From Octopus vulgaris (Eukaryota), in assembly GCA_951406725.2 (NCBI GenBank), contig OX597819.1:79856001-79920000 (forward strand): 64,000 nucleotides of DNA. Direction: 5' to 3'. How positions within the stretch are numbered: the stretch's first letter is position 1; each line of letters begins with the position of its first letter. Under the pieces are notes generated by a model that saw only the letters and a program-made list of their open reading frames with translations, was not told where the DNA came from and made no database searches. This document shows, in pieces, positions 1-14,587 of the stretch. The translations under genes and the position numbers were made by a program.

Positions 1-99
1 AAGCCCTGTGCTACAGTGTATTTTCCTTGCGTGGACCCCCACAACTCTTACATTGATCCCCACCCCGTGGTCATATGGACACTGGTTTTAAACCATATC

Positions 100-580
100 T
101 TTACATGACCTAGTAAGGAGCCTGTATGTGAAAGTTTAACAAGCTAGAAACAACAGCCAAATCTCTATTAAGTTACAACAGTCAGTCTATAAAGGTGTTT
201 ACAGATGAGCGAGAGATTCTCTATAAACCAGTCTTAGGATGGATTTTTATCCAGACCTATGAGAGAGCCCGTATGTGACAGCTTGACAAGGTAAAAACAG
301 CTACATCACTTTACAAGTGACTAAAATGACTAAAAATAATAAAATAAAAAAGCACATCCAGGATAATGGTGTCCCACGTTCACTAATACAATCCATGATT
401 ATATGTGAACGTGATCAAGGTTCGGGTGTTTGGGGTTTTTAATCGAAACAGGAATTGAAGAGACTGGAGGCAGAAACAACAACGACATCAAAAAGGAAGC
501 CTCTTTAGGGAGGGAGACTCCATCTGTAAGAAATAGCAGCCAAATTCCACGCAAATCACGTACTAACGTTTTAATAAAAT
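100..580 (+). repeat. Cluster of degenerate copies of a dispersed repeat (GCTAGAAATAGCAGCCAAATCT-type motif)
   Basis: Related motifs at ~143-165 and ~528-560. A duplicated GAGCCYGTATGTGA segment occurs at ~118 and ~265. A reverse-strand copy is at ~61133-61165. Confidence 0.45.
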
Positions 581-729
581 ACTTTGGACATATTGTATTA
601 ATTCTAAATGCAACATGGCTGAGATTAGCAAAAAAGAAAAAAAATGAAAAAGAAAAAGGAAAACTACTGATCATATGCGTTGGATCATTAGTTTACTCGT
701 TGACCGAGACACAACAGACTTGGGGTTAA

Positions 730-1060
730 ACAACAACAACAACAATAACAACAACAACAACAACATCAGCAACAAAAGCAGCAGCGGCAGCGAACCAATC
801 AGACGCAACACAATATATCTATTGCTAGTAACTTTAGACAATCTTCTTTTCATGTCTGAATACATTACACAATCCAAGAGTTATCATTAAACATCTAATA
901 TTATTTAAACACGAGAACAGAGAAGATATCCGATATATCATGTTGATATCAAATAGTAAAAACATTAAACAACCACAACACTACCAATAATAATAATAAT
1001 AATAATAAAAATAATAATAATAATAATGATAATAATAATGATAATAATAATAATAATAAC

Positions 1061-1108
<48 letters not shown>
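730..1108. repeat. (CAA)n and (TAA)n trinucleotide microsatellites
   Basis: Directly visible. They explain the poly-N and poly-I ORFs. Confidence 0.95.
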
Positions 1109-1886
1109 CGATCTCAGCAGATTTGATTTTACTTTTGGTTATAGTAATATATATATTAATGATGGAGGTGGAGGTTTACTTTTTCTTTTGTGCTTGTTTT
1201 TTTTTAATAATGTTTTTTTTAATATTTTTAAGCATCTATATGAATCTATATTATCATCAGTATCGAATATGAGCATTTATGACTGTTCATGCATATGTTT
1301 AAACATAGTTATAATATACACTCATACGTTCACGCAGGATGTATATATTACATTGTGCACATACATAGATGAGTGAGTGTGAGTAGTGTGTGTGTGCGTG
1401 TGTGTGTGTATGTGTGTGTGTGTATGTGAGTGTGTTTGTTTGTGTGTGTATGAATGTGTGTAATATAAGAGTAATCATTTATCTATCAATCTAATTATGT
1501 ATCTCATAATCTGGTAAAACACTCTTCATGGTGGTGCTCCAGGATGGCCGCAGTCAAATTACTGGAACAAATACAAAAATAAAAGAATATATGTGTGTGC
1601 GCATGTATATATGTGTGGGTGTGAATACGTGCGTGTGTGTGTGTAAAGGCACTTAGAGGTGTGCTTATCTAACTATATATATATTTACATTTTGTGATTT
1701 TTCCGTTATGAAGACTGATTCAGATCATACATATCAAAGTTTACCCTCACCATGATAATACATGGGGCATAAACACTCTTGGAACCTAATAGCTATCGCA
1801 ATGAATAAGTTACACGTAGATACACACACATACATATAATTGTACATATATGTATAAGTGTGCAGGCGTATGTGTATGTGTATATG

Positions 1887-1917
<31 letters not shown>

Positions 1918-2007
1918 ATATAAAACTTAAAACTTAGATAAAACTTAGATATGTTTCGACCAGAGATTGGTACAAGGCCATGTATAACTATATATATATA
2001 TATATAT

Positions 2008-2056
<49 letters not shown>

Positions 2057-2082
2057 TATGTGTACTATATATATATATATGC

Positions 2083-2115
<33 letters not shown>

Positions 2116-2867
2116 TGTATGTATGTATGTATGTATGTATGTATGTATGAGTGTGTATGCATGCATATACGTTTAGTATTTGTCCCATTCTTTGTATAGC
2201 CCCTGTGGGTAATAAAAAAATTAATATATATATGATATAAACTCTTATATAACTTACATAGCTTGGCATACATCTCTGCGTCTGCGTGCTTATCTATGTG
2301 TGCGGGTGTATATACATATTTACACACAAACACACACAAACATACACACACACATATATATACCTGTATAGACATACATACATACATACATACATACATA
2401 CATACATACATACATACATACATACATACATACATACATGTACGCACATATCTCCACACATTTGTGCGCAATCGTTTCTATGGTTCAGATTCATCAGATA
2501 ATTTCTGCCGGCAGTTATTGGAACCATTTCCTAAACAATTACATTCAACTAATTATATTAGTCATGATTGTATACCGGATTTTATTGCTCAGCGAAACAC
2601 ATAGGCACAAAAATAAGTAGATCAATAATAAGTTAACAAATAAACAGATAAATAGATAAATAAATATATAAACAAATGAAAGCTACACGCTTATAACTGG
2701 AGGTTACCTTCTTCCTAATTGGATTTTGTTTTGTCGGTGGTGGTGGTAAATTAATACAGAATCTTGTCTGTGAGATATCCAGGGCATGCAGGTATCTGAT
2801 TCGTACGTGACCGTCTTTTATTTAAACTGTCGATATTTTATTACGCACATACACGTGCGCATGAACA

Positions 2868-2935
<68 letters not shown>

Positions 2936-2938
2936 TAT

Positions 2939-3019
2939 AGGAGTGGGTGCTGAAATGTGCCTGGCTTTAAAGGTGTCGGGAAAGGCCAGGCTGGAAGCCC
3001 AGCCTTCCGAGTTCTTTTA
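2939..3019. mobile_element. Terminal fragment of a mariner-derived MITE family
   Basis: Its reverse complement (gtaaaagaactcggaagg...tttaaagccagg...ttcagcacccactc) matches 6305-6385 and ~42450-42510. Confidence 0.7.
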
Positions 3020-5130
3020 CGTGCACAAGCGTGTATGTGCGCGCGCCTGCGAGTGTGTGTGTAAGTATGTATGTGTGTGGATGTGTGAGTGTGTCAGTGT
3101 GTCCGATGAATGTATGTAAGTATGTGTGTGTATATGTGTGTATATAGATGTATGTCCGTGTGTGTGTGTATGTGTGTATGAGTGTGTATGTATGTACGTG
3201 TGTGTGTGTGGTAGTGTGTGTAGGTGCATGTGTATGCGCGTACATGCAGGTGTGTGAGTGAGTGTGTGTGTGTGTATGTATGTGTGAGTGTGTATGTCTG
3301 TGTGTGTAGGATGCATGTATGTGTATGGGTGTATGTATGTGTGTGTGTGTATGGATGTGTACGTGCGTGTGTGTGTGTGTATGCATGTATGCATGTATGC
3401 GTATGCATGTGCGTTTGTGTGTATGTGTGTGTGTGTGCATGTGTGTAGGTATATATGTATGTGCGTATATGTGTGTGTATGTGCGTACATGTGTGTGTGT
3501 GTATGCATGTGTGTGTATGTAGGTGTGTAGGCGTGTGTGTATAGGTGTATGTATGTAAGTATGTATGGGTGTGTCCGTGTGTGTATGCATGTGTGTGTAT
3601 GTAGGTGTGTGGGCGTGTGTGTATAGGTGTATGTATGTATGTATGTATGGGTGTGTCCGTGTGTTTTTGTGTGTGTGTGTGTATGCATGTGTATGTAGGT
3701 GTGTGTGTACGTGTGTAATATATGTATGTATGCATGTGTGTGCGTGTGTATGCGTGTGTGTGTATGTAGGTGCGTATGTATGTGTGTGGGAGTGTAGGTG
3801 TGTGTGTGCGTGTATGTGTGCGTGTATATGTTGGTGTGTGTGTATGTGAGTGTGAGTGTATGGGTGTTAGTCGTGCATGTGTGTGCGCGTGCAGACGAGT
3901 GTGTGTGTAAGTATGTGTGTGTGTATGTATGTGTGAGTGTGTATGTGTGTGCGTATGTATGTAAGTATGTGTGTGTGTATGTGTGTGTGGTGTATGTATG
4001 TATGTATGTGTGTGTGTGTGTGTGTACATGTGTGTAAGTATATGTGTGTGTGCGTATGTATGTGTATGTGTATGTGTGTGTGTTTATGTATGTGTGTATG
4101 TATGTGTGTAGGCGTGTGTGTATAGGTGTATGTATGTATGGGTGTGTGTCTGTGAGTGTTTGTGTGTGTGTAGGTATGTGTGTACGTATGAGTGAAGGTA
4201 TGGCTGTGTAGGTGTGTGTGTGTATGAATGTAAGTGTGTGTGTGTACAAGTGTAATGTATGTATGTAGGTGTGTGTGTGTGTGTACGTGTGCGTGTGCGT
4301 GTGTATGTGTGTGTGTGTATGCGTGTGAGTGTGAGTGTATGGGTGTATGTCTGTGTGTGTGTATGTCTGAAGTAGGTATGTGTGTGTATGTATGTATGTG
4401 TGTGTGCGGGTATGTGTGTGTGTGTGTATGTGTGTGTGTAAGTGTGTGTGTGAGTAGGTGTGCGTGTATGTATGTGGGTAGGGATGCATGCGTGTGTGTG
4501 GGTATGTATGTATACATACGCACGCACACACCCGAAGCACGCCCACACACACGAAGCACGCTCACACACACAACACACAAACAATACAACGCAAGCCCAT
4601 GGGGCCGACCAACCCCCAGCACAGGCCAAGGCGTGCGCGCGCGGGGGCCCCCGAACAACCCGCTCCACGGGAACCGAGGATCCATCAACCAAAAACCAGA
4701 AAGCAGAAAAGAGGGGGGGGTGCCTGGGTGCAAATAGGTGTATGTGTGTGTGTGCATTCGTGTAAAGGTGTGCATGTGTGGGTATGTGTGTTTGTATGTG
4801 TGTGTGCGTACATGTATGTGTGCATGTGTGTGTGTATGTAAGTATAGGTGTGTGAAGTATGTATGTGCGATGTGTGTGTGTGTGTGTGTATGTATGTGCG
4901 TATGTATGTGTATGTATGTTTGTATGTATGTCTGTGTTTGTGTGTGTGTAAGTATGTATGTGTGTGTATGTATGTATGTGTGTATGTATGTGCATGTTGG
5001 TTTGTATGTTAGTGTGTGCATGTATGTCTATAAGTATGTGTGATTAAATGTGTGAATGTGTGTACGTAGATGTGTATCCGTATGTGTGTGTGTGAACAGG
5101 CGTGTGGGATGTAGGTAGGTGTGTGTGTGG
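3020..5130. repeat. 2.1-kb cryptic (GT/GTAT)-rich satellite with an internal GC-rich island (4520-4740)
   Basis: Degenerate GT/GTAT units with an ~82-bp higher-order repeat (about 3501-3582 and 3583-3665). It lies directly 3' of the minus-strand GIY-YIG stop codon. Confidence 0.85.
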
Positions 5131-5154
5131 GGGGTGTTTATCCGGAAAAAAACC

Positions 5155-5631
5155 TTAGGAGGAGGGGGCTGTGTTAAGTCCGTGTGGGGTAGTAGTTTGT
5201 AGGGTGAAGATGTAGCGTTGCTCCAAGTGGAGCCTAGAAATTGGACGACCATTGTGGGGGGGCGAGACCAAACACTGAGATGTCATCTAGGGAATGGCTG
5301 GCCGAGCGGAAGTGGCGTGCGACGGGAGAAAAAGAGTGTAGGCGAACGTCCCTTAAATGTTCTGTGAATCGGTCGGACAACCGGCGTCCCGTCTGTCCTA
5401 CATACAGCATCCCGCATAGGTTGCATTTAATGCAGTAAATGAGGCCAGACGAGGTGCACGTAAAGGAGTGCCTAATACGTACAGTTCGCCGGTTGGAGCC
5501 AGTGACAGCAGTGGTGTTGGTGATGAAGGGGCAAGTGTTGCAGCGGGAATTAGAGCAAGGGAATGATCCGTGTGGGGCTGAGGGGGAAGGAGAGAGGGTG
5601 CTGTGGACCAGGAGGTCACGTAGATTACGGG

Positions 5632-5632
<1 letters not shown>
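5155..5632 (-). mobile_element. 5'-truncated Penelope-like retroelement (Neptune-type): Zn-finger plus GIY-YIG endonuclease, one frameshift
   Basis: Manual translation: RNLRDLLVHS..FPCSNSRCNTCPFI..FTCTSSGLIYCIKCNLCGMLYVGQTGRRLSDRFTEHL..PVARHFRSASH / ..RLHLEQRYIFTLQTTTPHGLNTAPSS*. Stop at 5155-5157; the 5' end abuts (TA)n. It has no start codon, so the ORF track misses it. Confidence 0.92.
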
Positions 5633-5671
<39 letters not shown>

Positions 5672-6205
5672 CGTGTATATGTATGTATATATGTAAACAG
5701 GTAAAAATTCACCGATAAAAGTGCTACTTACCTCTTTGCTTTCAAATAAATGGATTAATTCTCAACACATTTTTAGCGACGAAATATTTTCAGCTTTATA
5801 CCAGCGTTTTAGGAATAAAAACAAAACTCTTTCGCGCCCAAACTAATCTGTGTGTGTGTGTGTGTGTGTGTGTGTAGTGTGTGTGTGTGGGGGGGAGTTG
5901 TTTCTCTAGAGAAGGGATTTAAAATGAAAGTTTTAGAAACAAAATTAAACAATACAAAACTTAAATTTGGATAAAATGTTTATATATAATTAGTAATCAG
6001 GAAACCCCTCTAAAGTATTAAGTATGAACTTTATATGATGCTTCATCAAATGTCTAAATGTGGCATTGTTTGAATCGCTGTATGAACAGTTTCTGATAGT
6101 AGATGTCTTACATGTCTTCTACTATATGTATAATTTTTGAACTCCTATTATAAAATGAAACACGTGTAAAGATGAATAAATTTTTCCACTCCCCAGTTTT
6201 GTTAT

Positions 6206-6387
6206 ATATGTGGGATACTGAAAGTCCCTGATTTGGGGTAAGAAAATACAGGAGGATCAGATTCACACACATTTCGCAGCGGTCCTTTAATTTTTCGAAG
6301 CCCTGTAAAAGAACTCGGAAGGTTAAGCCTCCAACCTGGCCTACCACGATGCCCTTAAAGCCAAGAACTTTTTAACACTTCCTCGTA
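6206..6387 (-). mobile_element. Mariner-derived MITE retaining the transposase C-terminus
   Basis: Minus strand reads QGFEKLKDRCEMCVNL, and the element ends in a TIR-like ...cctcgta. Homologous to 7815-7954 and 42333-42512. Confidence 0.75.
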
Positions 6388-6388
6388 T

Positions 6389-6638
6389 TATTTACATTAT
6401 TTACAGTTTACGGATATTTGTCCTCATCTTGTTTGTTGTTAACACAACGGTTCGGCTGATATACCCTCCAGCCTTCATCAGGTGTCTTGGGGAAATCTCG
6501 AACCTGAACACCTGATGAAGGCTGGATACCTGATGAAGCCGAAACGTTGTGTTAACCACAAACAAGATGTGGACAAATATCCGTCGACTGTAAATAATGT
6601 ACATAATTCTTCATCTCTTAAATATTGAACTGTATTAT
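6389..6638. mobile_element. 250-bp fold-back non-autonomous PLE-type element with hammerhead motifs on both strands and a 12-bp TSD
   Basis: ACTTCCTCGTAT occurs at 6377-6388 and 6639-6650. Inverted arms at about 6393-6485 and 6508-6601. A second family member is at 33316-33569. Confidence 0.85.
6507..6553 (+). ncRNA. Minimal type I hammerhead ribozyme motif
   Basis: AACAC-CTGATGA-A-GGCT..AGCC-GAAAC-GTT-GTGTT, with stem I AACAC/GTGTT. The opposite arm (6441-6486, minus strand) has the same motif with GAAA changed to GAAC. Confidence 0.7.
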
Positions 6639-6758
6639 ACTTCCTCGTATATGTGTGTGTGCGTGTGTGTGTATACATATATGCATTCCGTCTGTGTTCC
6701 AAATTTCAAGTAGCAGCTTGTGATAAATTTATTTTATGTAATGTTTAGTTTCTGCTAC

Positions 6759-7140
6759 TTAGCTCTGCCTTAGCGAAAGTGGAGGTATTGTTTGCAGTCG
6801 TGTTTGTTTGTTTGTTTGTTTGTCCGTGAACAAGATATCTCAAGAACCGCTAGATGGTTTCGGATGAAACTTTCAGGGATGTTTGGCCTCGTGACTAGCA
6901 CGAACTGATAAAATTTTTGGATTGATCCGTTACCGGACAAGATTCTGGATTATTTTTCCTATTTCTTTTCTTTTTTTTTTTACTTAATTTTTGAGAGCGG
7001 TCGGTTTCATTTTTAGTATTCTCGTTTGTGAGTGCAGCCGAGTTTGTTTCAGATATTTTCATTTTAAAAAGTATCTCTGGCTAATCGTTGAGAGGACGTT
7101 GCCTTGGCGGAGGTTTGCTCTCTCTCTGAGTGCTCTTGTT
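6759..7140 (+). mobile_element. Helentron-associated non-autonomous element (HINE/DINE-1-like)
   Basis: 5' inverted repeat ctctgccttagcgaaagtggagg, then a (GTTT)n tract. The 3' end has subterminal ccttggcggagg followed by a short stem-loop and a T-rich end. Confidence 0.7.
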
Positions 7141-7814
7141 ACTTTTGAAATCTTTGAACAATCAGATAACAGTTTACCTGGAAAGAAACAATGCAGTTGT
7201 TAATAAGGAGTATTGAAATTTATGTATGCAACATTTCACAGCTCTAGCATCATTCCTTCATAGCCAATCTTTGAACTTTTCACTCCACCATCGTGTGTAT
7301 GCGTGTATGTGTGGATGTGTGTGTAGATAGACAGACAGGCAGATAGATAGATAGATACATATATGAATGCATACATACATACATACATACATACATACAT
7401 ACATACATACATACATACATACATACATACATACATTCATACATACATACATAGCTCAATGAACAGAGGTTGAAAACGTAATGGCTGAAACACCAAAAGT
7501 ACTTAAAAGGTAATCGAAGAAAAACATATTGTTAGGAAAACAAAATGGTAAAAAAAAACAAAAGTTTCTTACAAGAAAATATGTACAAAGGTGGCCAGAC
7601 TGTCTCTGTGCTTCTCAAGGGAAAGAAATTTCACCGTATGAGATGAAGAACATTTTAAGATATTTCGAGAAAGTGCCGTAAGCGATGACATAGAAATCTG
7701 GCATAGGACTTTAGGTTGTATCGTTTGATCTCGCTGAAATTTATATTCTGTTTTGGATTTTTCAAATAAAGAACAGTACGTACTCTAATTGCGCTTTATC
7801 ACCTTCTGTGTTCT

Positions 7815-7954
7815 TTCACAGGGCTTAGAAAAACTGAAGGACCGCTGCAATAAGTTTATGAATCTGAGAAAATATGCTGAGGAAAATCATTATTAACTGA
7901 TCCTCTTGTATTTTCTTTTACCCATAGCCAGAAAATTCTCAACACCCACTCGTA
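7815..7954 (+). mobile_element. Mariner transposase 3' end plus TIR
   Basis: Reads SQGLEKLKDRCNKFMNLR.. and ends aacacccactcgta. Confidence 0.75.
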
Positions 7955-8204
7955 TGGCGCAGAACAGGAAAAGTGTTTTTCCTCAAAAAGAAATCGAGTT
8001 CTTGATTGAACTATGCACATAAATAGATCTTCGATTATATTCGATGCAATGTATATATGTATAAAATATTCTATATAAACGGATAGCTTTTTTCGAAATT
8101 GGATATACTTTCTTATACAAAATTAATCTGGAAATAAATTTGGTATAAGAATTGTTTTAAGAATAATTTTAAATTTTAAGAATAATTTTAAAATTTTAAG
8201 AATA

Positions 8205-8482
8205 ATTCTGCACCAACACGCCGAACAGGAACACGGGGGATCAATCAATAACATAGAGATTAAGATATTGTCCACACATAGAACAGATGCAACAATTAGA
8301 CAAATTACAGAAGCTACACATATAATAGAAAATAAACGTAGCCTGAATAGAAAACTAGAATGGAGCAATAGCACACACCACAACATATGACGATAGAGGA
8401 TCCTGAAAACATAATAAATACACAGATAAATAAACAAATAGAAATGAATACATATATATATATGTATATATATATCTATGTA

Positions 8483-8555
<73 letters not shown>

Positions 8556-9030
8556 GTGTGTATATGTATATATATATATTTTTTTTTTCGATTAGATTTA
8601 TTATTATTATTACTAATATTGTTGTTATACATACATACAAGCATATGTAATGATAATAATGGGTGGATGTAAACACATGAACGAAATTAGAACAAAAGCA
8701 ACAACAACAAAAACAAAATACAAATTACATGAATGTATATAAACAGAAGATACAAATATTACAGGCATCCCCCCCCACACACACTAAATAAACATAGACG
8801 CACATAGAGATATAAGCATGCGAAAATGAAGACATACAATAGAAATACAAAATGGCTGACGGTTAGTAAGGAAAGACACAAATAAGTGAGAAGAAAACAA
8901 AGGACCACTGATGCGGTCACAGTGTGACGAAAGAACTCTGGCCGAAATAAGATTAAGATTAATGTAAAAAATAAATATCACTGAAGCAAAATAACACCAA
9001 ATATATAGTGCGTGTGTTTTTGTATATAAA
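8205..9030 (+). mobile_element. 3' fragment of a Penelope-like element: GIY-YIG C-terminus (~8208-8390) and A-rich 3' region with a hammerhead relic
   Basis: Manual translation [52 protein letters not shown]. The RQIxEA..LNxKxEW pattern is typical of PLE endonuclease C-termini. A hammerhead-like motif lies at 8902-8943 on the same strand. Confidence 0.7.
8902..8943 (+). ncRNA. Degenerate minimal hammerhead motif
   Basis: CCA-CTGATGC-G-GTCAC-AGT-GTGAC-GAAA-GAAC-TC-TGG. Perfect 5-bp stem II, stem I CCA/TGG, core A9 changed to C. Confidence 0.6.
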
Positions 9031-9704
9031 ATTTTGTATATATATACATGCGCGATTACACACATGCATGTATTTTAAACACTTTTACTTACAGTAAAGG
9101 TGTTTAAAATAATTCTTATTTTTCAAATGTCAACAGTTTGTTGAAAACTCAATGTTAAGTTTCGCAAATGCCTTCTGACTAAGTTGCCTTATGTATGTAT
9201 GTATGTATGTATGTATGTATGTATGTATGTATGTATGTATGTATGTATGTATGTATGCGTGTATGTTTTTCCTTTGAGTTTCATTTAAGCTCTTATTGAG
9301 AGAGTTCAAGCTAACAAAACGACAACATTTTTGAGTTAAGAGAATTCTCGGTGTTGTTAAATATGTGGTTGAATTGGCGCGTTGCTTGAGCTGTCGATAT
9401 ATACGCCAAAGTGTATGCATCTATTCACATAAAAATCTCAAATGGAGAATATTGGAAATGTCTTACAAATCTTCACTGTGCCACTACTACTTTGGATTTG
9501 AAGAGTCCGCATCAGTTTCTTTTGCTCTTTCTCCGTTAAACCGAGTATTTCTAGGTTTTTGTGCAAATCTAATACACCTATGATAATAGGTACAAATAAG
9601 AATTTATAGTCAGGGTACAAGAGATGTAAGTTCTGCATTAATTCATCATAAATATCCTCTTTTTCCTGAACTTTTGGTCGTACATTTACATCCGCTGTGC
9701 AGTA

Positions 9705-11550
<1,846 letters not shown>

Positions 11551-11777
11551 TGCATTCATATATGCATAGAAAATAGTAATAAATACATAGAAACTTAATT
11601 GTATATACATCTATAAACGAAACGTACGGTTTGGTGTATATATGTGTATATACAAAATATGAAAAACATATTATATGAAGTATGATTCTCCAGAAAAAGA
11701 CGTATACGGCTACAAATATATTATCAAAAACAACAAAAAACATTACTACTACTACTACTACTACTACTACTAATGAT

Positions 11778-12167
11778 AATCCTTTCTGCTATAGGCATAA
11801 GACCCGAAATCTTGTGGGAAGGCGCTAATCGATTTCATCGACTTAATTTTGTCGACCCTGAAAGGATGAAAAGCAAAGTCGACCTCGGCGGAATTTGAAC
11901 TTAGAACGTAGCGGCAGACGAAATACCTATTTCATTACTACGAAAAAGTTGCTAAACACAGAGAGGACAAACAAGGACAGACAAACGGATTAAGTCGATT
12001 ACATCGACCCCAGTGCGTAACTGGTACTTAATTTATCAACCCCGAAAGGATGACAGGCAAAGTCGACCTCGGCGGAATTTGAACTCAGAACGTACTGGCA
12101 GACGAAATGCCGCTAAACATTTCGACCGGCGTGCTAAAGGTTCTGTCGGCTCGCCGCCTCAATAATA

Positions 12168-12232
<65 letters not shown>

Positions 12233-12385
12233 CGGTTTGAAATTTTGCCATAAGCGCAGCCATTTTGAGGGAGGAGATATAGACCCCGAAAGGATGAAAT
12301 TCGACCTCGGCGGAATTTGAACTCAGAACGTAGCGACGGGCGAAATAGGCTAAGCATTTAGTCCGGCATGCCAGCTCACCGCCTT
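11778..12385 (-). mobile_element. Three stacked tRNA-derived SINEs with a Meta-type central domain (about 11778-11926, 11927-12159, 12233-12385)
   Basis: Each has box B (GAGTTCAAATTCC-like) on the minus strand. The first two carry GCCTTTCATCCTTTCGGGGTCGA-like sequence; the third is partly deleted. Neighbouring (TAA)n tracts. Confidence 0.85.
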
Positions 12386-12389
12386 GATG

Positions 12390-12838
<449 letters not shown>

Positions 12839-12839
12839 T

Positions 12840-13000
12840 GGTATGTTTACGTTCCCGGAACTTAGCGGTTCAGCAAAGATCGATAGAATAAGTACAGGTC
12901 TTACAAAGAATAAGTCATAGGGTCGATTTGTTCGACTAAAGGCGGGGCTCCAGCATGGGCGCATTCAAATGACTGAAACAAATGAAAGAATGAAAGAATG
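12840..13000 (+). mobile_element. 3' half of a CORE-type SINE
   Basis: gtttacgttcccggaacttagcggttc...ggtcgatttgttcgactaaaggcgg..ctccagcatgg matches 22185-22350. A shorter tail copy is at ~1530-1590. Confidence 0.8.
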
Positions 13001-13414
13001 TGTGTGTGCATGTGTGTGTATGTGTATGTGTGCGTGTATGTGTGTGCGCGTGCGTGTGTGTGTGTGCAAACATATACGCAGAGGTCTGAGTGAGCAAGAA
13101 AAGAGAAATATAGATTTGATTGATAGATTTCAATATCTATTTATACCAAAAGAAAAAGTCCAAATTTATACCTAAAAATTATTATTTACGCAAACATACA
13201 CTCGCATGTTTCATTTATGTGCACATGCGTACATAGCGGCGTACATGTGTACTTACACTGACAAATATACATATATACAATATATTCATACATACATATA
13301 CATACATATACATACACACAAACACACACACACATATATATACATACATATATATATATATATATACATACACATACAAAAACACACACGCACACATGCA
13401 TATATATGTATATA

Positions 13415-13640
13415 TGGAGGCGCCTGGTATAGCGGTCATGGAGTTGCACTCATGATTGTAAGATTGCGGTTTCGAATTCTGGACCGGACGATGCGTTGAA
13501 TCCTTGATCCAAACAATTCATTTCACGTTTCTGGTTAAATTCGGTAATCCTACGCGGGCCGGTGTCTTGTCAATGGGGTAGAGAAGATATAAAACTGCAG
13601 AATCGGGAAACCGTTGTTCAGTTATTGTGAGACAGGAAGG
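13415..13640 (+). mobile_element. Degenerate tRNA-derived SINE
   Basis: ggaggcgcctggtatagcgg (box A-like) and ggtttcgaattc (box B-like). The body resembles 55575-55890. Confidence 0.6.
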
Positions 13641-13824
13641 ACACTTAATCTTTTTGATTACATATATGTATGTATGTATGTATATATTGGTGTGTGTGTG
13701 TGTGTGTGTGTGTGTTTGTGTGTGCATGTATTAATAGATATAGATCTGAAAATCAACTGAGTTCGGTAAAGCATTTCCCACCTACTATAGCTACAGTAAT
13801 TTGCTTCCTACAATATATGCTTCT

Positions 13825-13901
<77 letters not shown>

Positions 13902-14320
13902 TATATATACATATATATATGCATACATATATGTATATATAATACACACACACGTAACTCTCATCTCTCTCACTTCTCTCTTTCCCCCTGTTTTGCTCTA
14001 CCTAAACCATACTTGTTCACAGCTTCCTGCCTCATATATATATATATAAACACTCTTACACACACCAACTTATATTACAAATATGCTTACACCGTGTCTC
14101 TCTCTGCCGATATCATTCGCAATACCTCACTATTTCTCCCCTCCCCTTTACTAAGCTATCTCCCTTCTCATTTCTCTCTCCCATGTACACACTTCCTCAC
14201 ATCGAACGTTCCTCGCATACATTTACACACGCGTCACCCTACGCAAAATCACATATATCGATATATATGTACATATATATATCTGTGTGTGTATGAAGTT
14301 ATGTGGGATATATATATATA

Positions 14321-14357
<37 letters not shown>

Positions 14358-14546
14358 ATATGTGTGTATATACATTAGTATATCCCAACGCATATATTTA
14401 TACATGTAAACACATATATGTATATATATATATACATATATTTATGTATGATGAGTATATGCACATGTATAAACACATACATACAGACTGACTCATGCAT
14501 TCTTTTCCTCGTGTCTTTCCCTTCCCCACCCACTCTCTTTCTCTCC

Positions 14547-14587
<41 letters not shown>

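Noticed and set aside
2465-2510. Minus-strand CTGATGA..GAAAC spacing resembling a hammerhead
   Set aside because: No stem II or stem I pairing.
3017-5021. Longest ORFs (511, 384, 311 and 303 aa)
   Set aside because: Open in several frames on both strands because of GT/CA repeat composition.
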